This document shows, one piece after another, positions 37,157 to 48,771 of a stretch of DNA of 64,000 nt (positions are counted from its first letter, which is position 1; each line of letters opens with the position of its first letter). The translations under genes and the position numbers were made by a program. The notes under the pieces were generated by a model, which saw only the letters and a program-made list of their open reading frames with translations, ran no database searches and was not told the origin of the DNA. The stretch lies in the NCBI RefSeq assembly GCF_000981445.1, contig NC_027217.1, positions 2,294,001 to 2,358,000 on the forward strand, in the 5' to 3' direction. This DNA is from Babesia bigemina. Its lineage: Eukaryota.

Positions 37157-39790
37157 ATGCTCCGTAAGCGTTTGGTATTCAAAATTGTAAAGGATGCGCT
37201 TAGCCGTAAGTCGTTGAGACCCTTTAAGCACATCCAGGAATCATTCGACCATCATTTGCAGCTCTCTCTGGATCTCATTGATAAGCGCCAGACCATCTGC
37301 AGGCGTCTGGAAGTGGGGGATAATGTGTACGATCGAGTTCCCTCGCATGAGGGTGCCCAGAATCATACATCAGGGGAAAGGAAGGACCATACAGGCGCTG
37401 ATTTGGACGTTATTGGCATTGATGTTTTGAAGCCTTTTGAAATTGTTATGGGCTTTCAGGTTTTGGCTATGAAATGTGCATCCGAGGTGGCAAAGTTGGA
37501 ACAGATTGAAGATCATGAGAAATTCCGGTACCGGTTACATGCTTTGCTGAGCCTTGCGTGCCACCACATCGAAGGCTTCAGTTTCGTCAGATTATCATTG
37601 ATACTAAATTCGCTAGCCAATATTATCAGGTGGCATCGTGATGTTACTGATTCCCGGCCTCCGAACTCTGGAGGTGACCGAATGGGTCGAAATGATTTTT
37701 GCTCTGTTCCTGCTGACCGGTTAGACAGTATATTCGGGGGCAAATTTTCTGCAGACCCCGAAGGCAACGATTTGGAACTAACATTTAAAAGATTTCATGC
37801 ATTATTAGAAACTCGTTTTATGCTGCATCTCTGCTTATACGAGAAGTTCGGGGCATCACGAACACATGAGGATCCGGATGTAGGACACATTGACGCCCAC
37901 AGTGTCTGCTTGCTACTCAAGTACTACTTGGTGGTTGGGGATATGAACCGAACTCTGTTCTACCTCATTCTTCGATTCATACGACAACAGTCTCAATTCG
38001 AGCTGAGGGATGTCATGAACATGGTGGTTTCTCTGAGCATGATGGATGGTGCATCGGACTTATACTCACCAGTGGATTTGCAACAGCTACATGCCGCTGT
38101 TAGCGTGTTTATGGAGCATAACATCTCCGATCCATCAGCCATAAATTTGTCAGGAGAGAGTTCTTCACTTCCCGAACTTTGGGATAATGAAACCGTAAAA
38201 AATAGAAGTTTAGTTGAACTCCTGCTCATTACCTTGGCTGAAAAGGAACCCACTGGAGGTGCTGATTTGCATCTATGTCATTTATACATAAAGGCTCTCA
38301 TGGTTTTCCGAGACCGAGGGGTGCCCGAAGAACTACTCGCGGCACTAGCGTCTGATGCCTTGAAAAACTCGACCCATGTGTTTTCATCAGGCGACGTTTT
38401 GAAGGGAAGAGGCTTTGACAAGTTTGTTGCCTACTTACAGAGCATTAAGATATGTGTTCGTGACAGCAGCATTTTGGAACCTGCGGCTCTGCAAAGCTTC
38501 TTTCTGGACGAGCAGGTTCAACGGAGAACTTTGAGCTCGTTGTTGCGGTTGGCTAAGGAACCGAGTAACACCAACGTAAAATCGCTGGTTACACTATGCG
38601 ATACCATCAAGTTTGTGTCTGCAATCAAAAACACCGCGGAAGATCACGCAGCGCTTTTAACGCACCTTCGTTCCACGTTGAGCAGGGTTTTACCGGTGAT
38701 CGTTCTCGCTAATATCAATCGCTTCAAGGTCGGTGATATTGTCGCGGTGTATGAGTACCTGCATGACGATATGCCCGCAAGGATGGAAGTTCAAAAGATG
38801 CTGTTCAATTTGTATGCAAATTTGAATTCTGGAGATAATACGCCGGATGTGCTAGACATTTACACCGAGACGACCACCCTTATGACTTCATTCCACAAGC
38901 ATAACTACAAAATAGATCATGCGGTGCACAATCAAATATCCAGTTGGATATTGGGGACATATAAAATCGCTGGTATTAAGGATGTGTCGCTGCTGCTCAG
39001 GTTCCTCCAATCCACCGCTCGCATATGCAAAATTGAACCTGAGATTTTCATAATATACGATTTCAATATCCTGCTGAATTACGTTTTTGAGTTTGACGTG
39101 TGGAAAGGGCACGTCATTCCGTTGGTGGATATAATTTACAATTTGTTGCCCCATTGGGCTAACGGGTTTACTGATGCATTAATGAAGTCAAATTTAGTCA
39201 AGCTCCTCGAGCATTACCACTTGTCAACCATAGTACCTATGGCAGTGCAGAGTTGTGAAGGCCGACCTTCTGGCAAGGATCCAAACAGTGACCGTATGTC
39301 ACCTCTGGATATTTCGACTTTCGCCAAATATACACATTTAGTGTGGTCGTTAAGGAACACTTCTCCTGTCTCGCATGAATTGTGGGATCGGCATCAAACA
39401 GTCATTGTAGACGGTATTTATAACTGTACTAACATAGGCAAGTTATCCCTGGGTGACGATGGCCCGGTGTGCTCCAACAAAAATACCAACGTGAAAAAAT
39501 GCGAAATGTGGCAGTCTTTCAGCGTGCGCCTGATGGTGGAAATTCTACTAGATATGCACCGCCAGCATTTGGGGTCTTCCGGTGCCGATCACTCTGCGCT
39601 GCCCAAAGAACAGCGAGCGATGTCGTTTCTGTGTCGGGAGCTGTTGATCGGCCTGGATGTTTTTGACGACCACGCTGCGTCAATGACTCAGTTACTAACA
39701 CTGATCCTCGAAAATGAGGAACATATGCCTGACTGCCCGCACTTCACGGATTTAGTTTGCAAACTGAACTCCGTGGTCAGCGCACGCTGA
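37157..39790 (+). CDS. Hypothetical 877-aa Leu-rich, probably alpha-helical protein with a basic N-terminus
   Basis: Long uninterrupted ORF. Basic N-terminus MLRKRLVFKIVKDALSRKSLRPFK and a few HPR-like segments (FSFVRLSLILNSLAN, FELRDVMNMVVSLS). No family recognised with confidence. Confidence 0.75.
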   Translation: MLRKRLVFKIVKDALSRKSLRPFKHIQESFDHHLQLSLDLIDKRQTICRRLEVGDNVYDRVPSHEGAQNHTSGERKDHTGADLDVIGIDVLKPFEIVMGFQVLAMKCASEVAKLEQIEDHEKFRYRLHALLSLACHHIEGFSFVRLSLILNSLANIIRWHRDVTDSRPPNSGGDRMGRNDFCSVPADRLDSIFGGKFSADPEGNDLELTFKRFHALLETRFMLHLCLYEKFGASRTHEDPDVGHIDAHSVCLLLKYYLVVGDMNRTLFYLILRFIRQQSQFELRDVMNMVVSLSMMDGASDLYSPVDLQQLHAAVSVFMEHNISDPSAINLSGESSSLPELWDNETVKNRSLVELLLITLAEKEPTGGADLHLCHLYIKALMVFRDRGVPEELLAALASDALKNSTHVFSSGDVLKGRGFDKFVAYLQSIKICVRDSSILEPAALQSFFLDEQVQRRTLSSLLRLAKEPSNTNVKSLVTLCDTIKFVSAIKNTAEDHAALLTHLRSTLSRVLPVIVLANINRFKVGDIVAVYEYLHDDMPARMEVQKMLFNLYANLNSGDNTPDVLDIYTETTTLMTSFHKHNYKIDHAVHNQISSWILGTYKIAGIKDVSLLLRFLQSTARICKIEPEIFIIYDFNILLNYVFEFDVWKGHVIPLVDIIYNLLPHWANGFTDALMKSNLVKLLEHYHLSTIVPMAVQSCEGRPSGKDPNSDRMSPLDISTFAKYTHLVWSLRNTSPVSHELWDRHQTVIVDGIYNCTNIGKLSLGDDGPVCSNKNTNVKKCEMWQSFSVRLMVEILLDMHRQHLGSSGADHSALPKEQRAMSFLCRELLIGLDVFDDHAASMTQLLTLILENEEHMPDCPHFTDLVCKLNSVVSAR

Positions 39791-40078
39791 TAAACGTAAG
39801 GTCACCCTTGTCCTATTTCAATGGTTAAAAACGCCACGATTCCTATAACAAATGGCTATTATATGTGTGTTTTACATTGAACAATGTGCGTCGTGATAAG
39901 CCGAAATGCCACCGGCATCAAGATGCTAAATCAGCGCAATTGCGACCCATGGACGGGCATCGAACCTTCAAATGCGTCACATGAGCTACACTGGTGCGAC
40001 ATGATATACGATATCCTGCTTAAAATGGCAAGTAAGAAGTTTTTGTAATGCTTTGAACGAACGTCCGATTTTCTTATT

Positions 40079-41079
40079 TCACTTGCCATGCGATACCTCC
40101 CCATCAAACCGGGATTTCACTGGACTGTTGGTATCATCTTGCGGTATACCTTCGCCCGTGAACTTGCCAATCACCGGCCTGAAAAGGTACTGCGGCAGCC
40201 AGCCGTCCTGTGGCCTGTCCTGGTACACGACGCCGCGCCGCATGAAAGCCGCCTCGCCAAAGTTATTCCAACTGAACTGAGAAGAGTGTTATACCATCAA
40301 AGCAAAGTAATTCGACAAACAATGCAGCATAAGAAGTGCACCAATAAAAACACGCGCAACTATAAGCCTTTACGTGGTGGCTAATGTACCAGACTACATA
40401 GATTGTTGGTACCTGGGCGTTGAAGTACGTTGCAACATTCGATTTAGGATCGAAATATATCTTCCACACGACGTCACCGTACTCCGACCACCAATTTCCT
40501 GCAGATTGTTGCTTATTTGTCATCTCGAAATGCTTACCATCATGACCTTCGCTGGTCTTCAGCGTGCCATCTTCCATAAAGTCGATCAAAATATGCTCCG
40601 TGCGAGTTGACCTGCATCTAGATGACTTTAATATTACTCAAAATGACATACAGTCCCAGTAATCCCGTTTTCCTGTGAAAGGTGATGCGCCAGCTTTGGT
40701 GCCGCAATGGATGGGTGCTAGACAAAGCCTTTTTGCGATTATCCGATATCTTCTGTATATGCCTATCAACTACATCCTTTATCTTTGCGTATGTGTTCCA
40801 CACGCGACCAAGTATGCCAGGTTTGTCAGCCTTTTGAGCAGAAGGTGCGTCAGCGTTCACGACACACAGCGCAAATTTTCTGCGCTGGACTGCAGGATTC
40901 CTTATGTCGTAATTAGCGAAATCATTTCTAAGTGCGTTTCTGAGCTCGTAGAGCCTGAGGTGTGACGAATTTCGGCGCAGATGGCCGAAGGCAACTGGGA
41001 GCCACTGCAGAAGGAAAAGCTGCGTCAATAGAAGCACCAAGGCCGAGGCACGCACACAATGCGCCTTTAGCGGTGCCAT
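40079..41079 (-). CDS. Hypothetical protein with signal and transit-like leader (probably apicoplast), multi-exon
   Basis: MAPLKAHCVRASALVLLLTQLFLLQWLPVAFG followed by a basic segment. Spliced C-terminus WWSEYGDVVWKIYF...FNAQ|FSWNNFGEAAFMRRGVVYQDRP...FRPVIGKFTGEG...HGK*. Confidence 0.7.
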
Positions 41080-41267
41080 CGGTGCTCGTTAACTATTGTT
41101 GTGGCTGATTTCAGGCACAAGGGGGGCCCGCTGCACACCGGCAACGACCACACACTCAACTCAGGCGGCGTCAATGGAAAATGAATGAGAATGATTCAAT
41201 TGCATGTTACTTCTGCTGCTCAGGCGGAATACCGTGCGCAAAGGAGTCCGACGCGCTGTTGCGGGCC

Positions 41268-44200
41268 TCACATGGCTCTCCTTATGGTCTTCAGTTGCAT
41301 CTGAAGTTTCTTGGGCAGGGAGGGAGCCAGCTGCTGCAGGAATCCATCTCCGAGATGCTTCATTAGCTGAATGATTTGCGAGTTCAGCTGTTCAGTTGAA
41401 GAGTCGGTCTCGTATATGGTGATGAAGATTTTGGCAAGCTGTCCCATGTTGCAGTTGTCGGGGCCCAGGATGCTTGGGTCGTTAGCGATGATGAGGTCCA
41501 TGAGACCCTGGTGGACACGTTTGCCCTCTTCCTCGTCTGCCTTCAATGGCAGGTGCTTCAGCCACATGTTGAGGTAGGCGGCTGCGTCGTTCAGGTTCGC
41601 GCCGTGGAATTTGATGATCTCACCCAAGGCGGCGACTGCGTTGTCTGTCGCCGCCTGCTGTTCGCGTTTGGAAGAGGATGTGGAGGAGAAGGTCATCCTC
41701 AGGGACGCCGCAATTTTCGCAGCGGCCTCGTTCTCCATCCCTGCGAACTCAGGCATCCTGGCGAGGAGGCTCACGCCGTAGCAGGCCGATTGGCGCACGT
41801 TGGCATTTTTGCTCTCGACGTACTTGAAAATGTAGCCCAGGAACTGTGGCCATACGGGCACTATCCTGGACTTGAGGTGTTCGATCATGTTGTCGCACAG
41901 ATAGAGTCCAACCGCGATGTCGTCGGCCTGGCTTTTGGCAAGGTGGGCCATGACGAACTGCAAGCAGGCGTTGTGGCACGTTTGCATGAATTCGTCGGGG
42001 TGGTGCTTCATGATAACACCGAAGAGCTCCAGCAATGCCGACCGATACGCCTGTTCATTTTCTTCGTCAATCTCCAGCGACATTATATCGTCCGGGTCCA
42101 AATCCTTGTTCATCTTGTATTTGCTGTAGGCCTTTTTGAACCTCGACGACTCCTCGATGAGCTCCAGCAGCTTCTGTCCGACTACGTTTAGGATGTTGAC
42201 GTTCAGGATGCCAGGGCCTGCGCTGTCCAGGCATTTGTAAAGCCCGTCGGCGTTGGCGGTGAGGATTTCAACTGGCATGCTGAGCTGCGACTCGTTGTCC
42301 CTCGCTTTCTCCAGGGCGCTGATGACGTTGTTGAGGGTGTTGAGCACAATCTCCATGAATGCGTCCTTGGATCCTCCGTTCTTTTCCAGAGCAAGCTTCT
42401 TGGCGTTGATGATCTGGGCCATGGCGTAGAGCGCCTTCTGCTTCAGCTCGCTTGTGAGCACGTAGCCCAAGATGGGCATGAGCGCCTGGGCAGTGGGCAC
42501 GACGTAGTCGTCGTAGCCCTCCTTCAGCTCCTCTACGATGTTGGCAATGAGGTTGAGGCTCCTCTCCAGCTCCTCAACCAACGTGGTGCGCAGCCCCGCG
42601 GCACCCTCGGCGCCCATGTTGAGCGTCATGTCGTCGCCCTCGTCGTTGAACGACTTGATGTTACCCTCCAACGACCTGAGAATCAGCGGCACGATGGTGG
42701 GTAGGAAGGGGCAGAAGTTGGGTCCAAGCGCTGTGCAGAGCCTGCCAAGCGCCTCGTCGATGTACTCCTTGACGGGGTCGTCTGGCGTGGTTGGCTCTTG
42801 CATGATTTGAATGAGCGCGTTCATGCACTCGATACCGTCCTGGAGGAACACGTCGCGTCCTATACTCATTCCGATGATGGAAATGCACTCAATGGCCTTT
42901 CCACGGCAGGTGCGGTCATCTGGGCCCACGCAGGTGGCGATGGTCTCCTTCATAAGCGGCATGATCGTGGAGTAGTATTTGAAGAAATGCTCCTCAAGCA
43001 CCCCTGCGACGACCGCCATCGAGGTGATGGCCTGCTCACGCACGGACTTGTGTGCGGCGGGGGTGATCTTCACGAGCAGCTGCTTCACAATCACATCAGC
43101 TAGCGGGAGCAGGTTCTCCTTCTGCACTTCTTCGGCGTAGTTAATGAACGCCGAGAGAGCGTGGGACTGCACCCTTGGGCTCTGGTCCTCGAAGGTGCTG
43201 AGGAGCGCCGGGATGATCTCCTCGAAGAAGGTCATTTGCACGTAGGGCTGGTGGTCCAGTGCGATCTGCCCGATGGTCTGGCACGCAGCGAATCTCACCC
43301 TGTAATCCTGATCCTTAAGCTTCTCGATCATGATTTTGATGATGGAGGGCATGTGCTCCTCCACTTCGTCCTCAGTGAGGTATTCCACGGTCTGCGATAT
43401 TGCCATGATTCCCACAAATACGTGCTGCCAGCTGGGCTGCTGGATGAACTGCGAGGCGTTGGACAGCACCCAGTCCATGAATGGGGAGTCGTCGAGGTCC
43501 TCGAACGCACGTCCCAGCCTGTCCAAACCTTCCTCGCCGGCGTCGTAGAGACGCTGCACGTCGTCGTCGGTGTCACCGGTCTCCAGCCACTCCGCGTAGC
43601 TGTCGTCCTCGATGTCCAACATGGCGTTCATTAGGCAGACAACCATGCGCAATCCGAAATTGGGGATCGTGAGCGCCATTTGCGGCTTCTTCTCGGGCAG
43701 CGTCACGAGGGCCTCGATGGCCATGCACCTGATCTCCTGGTCCAGGTTGGGCTGGGCGCTTTCAGTGGTTGCGATTTCCATCATGCTGTTGAAGAACAGC
43801 TGCAGGTGCGGCTTCAGGATCTTGGCGTTGTTGTCGACGATCATGATGAGGCCGGCCATCGACCGCTCAAGCTCGACCCTCGATGCGTTGTCCGTTGACA
43901 CGGCGAGCTGCTTGATGTGGCCGATGATGTAAGGCGTGGCGTCGCCCAGCTGCGATGCGATGTCCAGCACGTCGTCCTCGAGGACGTTCGAAATGGCGCA
44001 GATGGTCTCCGTCCTGACGGAGGCGTTGGCGTCCATGAGGCTGTTCTTGGTCAGCTGTACCACGTTGCTGAGGTGCGGCGAGAGCTCGTCCGCGAAGTAG
44101 GTGAAGCACTCTCCCAGCAGCTTGAACCCCGACTTTTTGTACAACGGGTTCTCCTCCTGGATGAGCTGGATGGTGCACCTGGTCAGCTCCGGCCACTCGT

Positions 44201-44588
44201 CAGGCGCCAGGCACGCGTCGCACAGGTCGGCGATGGTGTCACAGGCGTTGCTCCTGATGGAGTTCTGGGTCTCCACCTCGAGGCAACGCAGCAACGACTG
44301 CTTCAGCAAGGCCTTCGCTTCAGGCGAGACAGCCTTCCACATGTTCCTGGGTGCGTCCCCGGACTTCGACAGGTCGAGCAGCAGCCTGAGGAGGACCACC
44401 GCCTGCAGCCTGTGGTCCTCGTTGGGGTCGGTGAGCAGCACGTTGAGCGTGAGCTTGAGAGCGGTGTTGATGTCCGTCATCTTGAGCGCCATGATCTTGG
44501 CGTCGGCATCGTTCCTCGCGGCGCTGTTGGTGGACGTGAGCGCCTCCAGGAGGGACCTGAAAACTTCTTCGTCCAAATTCATCGCCAT
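41268..44588 (-). CDS. IPO5: Importin-5 / karyopherin beta-3 (Pse1-like HEAT-repeat import receptor)
   Basis: 1106-aa HEAT protein with motifs RVRFAACQTIGQ, PRVQSHALSAFIN, RGKAIECISIIG and ATDNAVAAL..LPLKADEEE, typical of IPO5/Kap121. Confidence 0.9.
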   Translation of the reverse strand: MAMNLDEEVFRSLLEALTSTNSAARNDADAKIMALKMTDINTALKLTLNVLLTDPNEDHRLQAVVLLRLLLDLSKSGDAPRNMWKAVSPEAKALLKQSLLRCLEVETQNSIRSNACDTIADLCDACLAPDEWPELTRCTIQLIQEENPLYKKSGFKLLGECFTYFADELSPHLSNVVQLTKNSLMDANASVRTETICAISNVLEDDVLDIASQLGDATPYIIGHIKQLAVSTDNASRVELERSMAGLIMIVDNNAKILKPHLQLFFNSMMEIATTESAQPNLDQEIRCMAIEALVTLPEKKPQMALTIPNFGLRMVVCLMNAMLDIEDDSYAEWLETGDTDDDVQRLYDAGEEGLDRLGRAFEDLDDSPFMDWVLSNASQFIQQPSWQHVFVGIMAISQTVEYLTEDEVEEHMPSIIKIMIEKLKDQDYRVRFAACQTIGQIALDHQPYVQMTFFEEIIPALLSTFEDQSPRVQSHALSAFINYAEEVQKENLLPLADVIVKQLLVKITPAAHKSVREQAITSMAVVAGVLEEHFFKYYSTIMPLMKETIATCVGPDDRTCRGKAIECISIIGMSIGRDVFLQDGIECMNALIQIMQEPTTPDDPVKEYIDEALGRLCTALGPNFCPFLPTIVPLILRSLEGNIKSFNDEGDDMTLNMGAEGAAGLRTTLVEELERSLNLIANIVEELKEGYDDYVVPTAQALMPILGYVLTSELKQKALYAMAQIINAKKLALEKNGGSKDAFMEIVLNTLNNVISALEKARDNESQLSMPVEILTANADGLYKCLDSAGPGILNVNILNVVGQKLLELIEESSRFKKAYSKYKMNKDLDPDDIMSLEIDEENEQAYRSALLELFGVIMKHHPDEFMQTCHNACLQFVMAHLAKSQADDIAVGLYLCDNMIEHLKSRIVPVWPQFLGYIFKYVESKNANVRQSACYGVSLLARMPEFAGMENEAAAKIAASLRMTFSSTSSSKREQQAATDNAVAALGEIIKFHGANLNDAAAYLNMWLKHLPLKADEEEGKRVHQGLMDLIIANDPSILGPDNCNMGQLAKIFITIYETDSSTEQLNSQIIQLMKHLGDGFLQQLAPSLPKKLQMQLKTIRRAM

Positions 44589-45536
44589 TTTTAGTTCGCG
44601 TTATTCCCAGTCCGCAGGTTGATGTGGCCCGTGTGTTGACGGTGTGCGCCTGTCCATACGGTGGAATCCAAATCACTAGCGAGCAGCACCAATTTCAGTC
44701 CATTTGTTGGTGCGCGCGCCCCTGGTAGATGGAATGGCTATGGGTGGGAGGCCTGGCGATGCGCTACTTTCGCCGTTGTCTGGTGTGAGCCCCATGGTAA
44801 AGCGGTAGCTGAGGCCTGTGCCGCGTCTCCAGTGCTACTGCCGCCGTTTACAGTTTTTCTTGGCGCGTGTTAATTGTCTTCGCCGCTTCCGTCTTGGCGT
44901 GTGCGTGTGCCACACTGGCTGCGGGGCAACCGGCCTGCCGCAGCAACGGCGCATTCCTTCCACCGTTAGCTGCACTGTGGTGTTCCGTAAAACGGGGCGC
45001 TGCGCACGTATCACTTTACAATAGCCACTGTGCAATGTAAGTCACGACAATGTCCGGTGGTGATGCCGGCGCGCCGTCCGAGGACGCTTCCTCGGATCAG
45101 ACGGCAGCTGCACCGCCGCCCTTGCCGAATCGCGCCGTTCGCCTGCACCTTAACACAGTACGTCTATCCGTGCCTTATTATGGTTGTTGTATGCCGTTTT
45201 AGAACGTGCCATGGCGCCTTGTTGCCGTGCTGCCTGTGTCTGCCTAATACCGTTGGCCTGTTTTCCCGGTATATCGAGCACTTCTACACGTAGCGCGGTT
45301 TCTACTTAATGAGGGTGTTTGTATTTGATGCGTAACCGTCGTTTTCGCCGATAATGGTTGGGTGCGTGCCGACAACCACGGGATCACAGTGGAAGGCGGA
45401 TCGTACGTTACATTTTGCACGTATGTTACGTTGAGTGCCTCTACACGGCCATATAATCGCTTGTGATGCATATATTTGCCGTTTTCAATTTCGTTGCATT
45501 TTCGTTTCGTCTCGTTTCGTCTCGTTGCTGTTGCGC

Positions 45537-47531
45537 ATGTCATTGCTTCCTCGCATCCAGCGTTTCTACCCGTCTAAAATGCCGCAGACTCCCAAGAAAG
45601 GACCTACCCCCAACGCGACTTGGGATCTGCTTGCATACGAGAGCTGCTTGACCTGCGCAGAAGGCGGTCAAATTGACAAGGATGCGACGGCTATAAGAAT
45701 GCACGTGCCGGCCAACGTTTGGGGCGGCCTCGACGTGCATACGCAGAAGCGCTACTTATCGAAGCGTAAGCTGACGACTGCGATTTCGGACGTGGAGGTA
45801 ACCAGCTTCATCAACTGCGGAGGCATAGTGTCGGCCGTGGAGATTGTGGGACCGTTCTCGTTTGACGAGAGTGGCGACTATAGTGTGTTCACTGTTGCGA
45901 GCTGCAGTTGTCTGGTGGATCCCGATGAAGGGCCGTTGGACTACCTCGTTTTCCACGAAATGGTCGTTAAGCGGGTTTCCGATGAAGGATCGGGGGGATC
46001 TGCCCATTGTGTCGTGGACCTTCACAAACCCCGGCTGGCGAAAGTGTCGCCACTAACGGTTAGTTTACCGCATTCGTCGGCACGATCATTCATTACAGGG
46101 CCGTTCGTGTATTGGCGTGCAATGGATCAACGGGGGGAACTTTACTACTGTCAACGAGAAGACGGACGGCGACCAGTTGTTTCTGGCCCTGTTGATGAAA
46201 GACGGCTCTATTGAGTTGTGCAAATTTGACTTGGGCTGTTCCGTCACCTATAACGAGGTGGTGTCGGACGAGAAGGAAATCCCGTAGGTTCACCTAATGG
46301 CGGTAACATGACTGGCGCAGCTATGATCCGCCGATTGTGTTGTGGCGTTACGACGCGAAGTCGCACATTCCCAACCAGTATATAAACGCTATGGACGTGT
46401 CTTATGAAACAGGTGCGGTAGTGCCGTGTGAATAATCTGAACGACTCAGCGCCCCGTGATCCTTACGCACTCCAATCGTCGGTGACATACCCCACGGAGG
46501 CACCGGTTGAGGATTCGGAACCTGCGTCAGCGCCGCAGTGCAACTCAGTAATTGTGGCTGGCGGCACCATTGACGGGTATCTGTACATCTGGCGCTTTGA
46601 CTGGGATGTGATGTGCCGCACGGCTGGTGCGAAGGACGACTTCTCGCCCTTCTTCAGCCAGATGATTCCCATATTCGTGGATCCCCAAGACGACGAACCG
46701 TCGCATCGCATTGTGTCATTGCACTTTCTTCCGTCGCCGCAGTCGTACCTCTTGGCAATAGCCTTGTACATGGGGACCGTCGTCACCTGGTGGGCTCCGG
46801 TAACACCGCTTCCACACGCTGCGCAGGGACATCCGCAACGGCACACTCGAGGGCGAAATCAACGCGTACTACACCGTCAACCGCCCCGTAACCATCGCAA
46901 GGTGGACTGAAAATAAACAGTTCATTATCATAGGTGGACCTTCCGTGATGTGCGTCGAATGGGCATCGAAAGTGGGAATGACAGCCCTGTCATACGATCG
47001 CGTGTCTCGAGTCGCTTGCAGTGGCTCCTGCGACAACATCTGCTGGTCTGTGGACTCGTCAGCCAACTTCGTGTACTTGGTTTACGACGACGGCCTGTTC
47101 GTGCAGGCGCCCGTCGTGGCGCTGACGAAGAGGAACGTGCAAGACGTCGTGACCAGTTATCTGTGGGAACCCTTCGTTAAAGGTTGGCGTGTTATGTTAA
47201 TTGCGCATGGTTTTCAGAGGACGAACCGGTTGCAAGCGTGGCAGATGTGGACACCCAGGACCCGATGGCAGCAGCGCAGGAGCTGGCGGAACTGCAGTTC
47301 AAGATGGACATGAATTCCATCCGAACACACGGGGTATGCGTGACTCGTAACGGGAGCAGGTTCCGCGGCGCTCGGAAAGGCAAGGTGGAATCGGACCGGG
47401 TCATTCGCAACAAGGTGTACTCGCATCACTGTGTGAAAGCGCGGAGCGTGCTTTTCAGCGAGTTCAGGCTGTCCTTCATGGCGTACGGTGGGCACACCGG
47501 TCTATTACACGTGATAATTAAGCATAGCTAA
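45537..47531 (+). CDS. WD40 beta-propeller protein, possibly TFIIIC subunit GTF3C2/Tfc6-like, multi-exon
   Basis: FINCGGIVSAVE near the N-terminus, WD blades (IVAGGTIDGYLYIWRF, LAIALYMGTVVTW, VYLVYDDG) and C-terminal FMAYGGHTGLLHVI. The family assignment is from remembered motif resemblance only. Confidence 0.6.
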
Positions 47532-47536
47532 ACAGT

Positions 47537-48184
47537 TCACTTCTTCTTTGGCATCAGGTCGTAGGAGTAGCGCTGTCCGAAGATGGCGTCCTGCTTCTCG
47601 TTCTCCGACGACTCGAACTGCCCCGGCAGGGTGGCGGTCCTGCTCTGGTAGGCCCAGGAGCATGCGATAATGGTGTCCTCCACCTGCCACCCATCCATGT
47701 GGCATATGAACCCCAGGGCGTACTCGCGCCGGCTGAAGGTGACGAAGCCGAACCGCCTGTTGGGGATGACCGTGACGTGCTCCACGTCCCCGAAGGGCTC
47801 CGCGTACGCCCTGAGGTCGTTGTCGGTCGCGGTGGCGGTGAGCTCGCTGACGTACACGGTCGCGTTCTTGATGTCCTTCGCCTCCTCCTCGTCCCTGTCG
47901 TTGATGGTTGTGCTGGTGAAGGGGTATGCAGCCCTGATGTACAGCGGTATGCCCTTCACCACGAGGTTCTGCATCTTGGCGATAGCCTCGTCTGCGTAGG
48001 CGGGGTCTTCATACTGGACGAATCCGTATCCGAGGTGCGTTTCCGTCGAAAGCTTGCGCATCACCTTGCAGCAGCGCACGTGGTCGCTGAAGCACTTGAC
48101 GAGCGTCAGAAGCTGCTCATCTCCGATAGAGTTGTGGATGCACCCGATGTAGACGTGATATTTGTCGATTGCGACGTTGAGCAT
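47537..48184 (-). CDS. RNA-binding protein with two RRM domains
   Basis: RNP2/RNP1 pairs: VYIGCI with LGYGFVQY, and VYVSEL with RFGFVTF. Confidence 0.9.
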   Translation of the reverse strand: MLNVAIDKYHVYIGCIHNSIGDEQLLTLVKCFSDHVRCCKVMRKLSTETHLGYGFVQYEDPAYADEAIAKMQNLVVKGIPLYIRAAYPFTSTTINDRDEEEAKDIKNATVYVSELTATATDNDLRAYAEPFGDVEHVTVIPNRRFGFVTFSRREYALGFICHMDGWQVEDTIIACSWAYQSRTATLPGQFESSENEKQDAIFGQRYSYDLMPKKK

Positions 48185-48771
48185 CTTGGCGCGCCGGTGT
48201 TGACGCCGCTTGCGACGCCGTCGACTGTCACCCTTTGTGCTCGCTGCGATGGGCTTTTATTGTGCTGTATCGGACCACCAAATAGATCTCCCGAAATATT
48301 TAGGGTATGTCCAATACATTTCATCGGCGGCAGCGCGTATTAACGGCGTCACGCGCTTCACCCCTGTGGGAGGAGGGCGCAGCGTCTAGCATTCCTTTGC
48401 AGCCTTCCGCGCGATTCTATAATTGTCTAAGTGCAAATATATTTGTGTGTTGTTATATGTTTGATGTGTTGCGTGCGCATATCTGTTCGCGGCAGCCGAG
48501 GTGTTTGCTGCGTTATTTCCTCTCCCAGGGTGTTGCTACGTGCGTTGCTCTCCACACTTTTCCTCCGTGTCTCTCCGCATTCCGGAGTTTGCTATACACA
48601 CCCTAAGGTGTGCTTTTTGTGTCCAGTACATGGCTGATATACATGATTTTTGCAGAAGTTGCATAACCAGTTCTCCGCTGCGCTGAAATAAGGCGGGGAT
48701 TCCGGTCGGGTTTCGCAGCGTTTTTCATGTCTTCCGTATGATGTCAGTCCACATTGAGCTGCCGTAGCACG

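Noticed and set aside
40277..40412. 136-nt intron whose donor GTACCA could pair with a downstream TGGTAC
   Set aside because: Only a 6-bp stem and no snoRNA boxes; likely chance.
41511..44622. Multiple plus-strand ORFs antisense to importin-5
   Set aside because: Codon-bias shadows of a strongly GC3-biased gene.
45496..45530. (TTCGT/CTCGT)n short repeat upstream of the WD40 gene
   Set aside because: A few degenerate pentamer units in a pyrimidine-rich leader; not an array.
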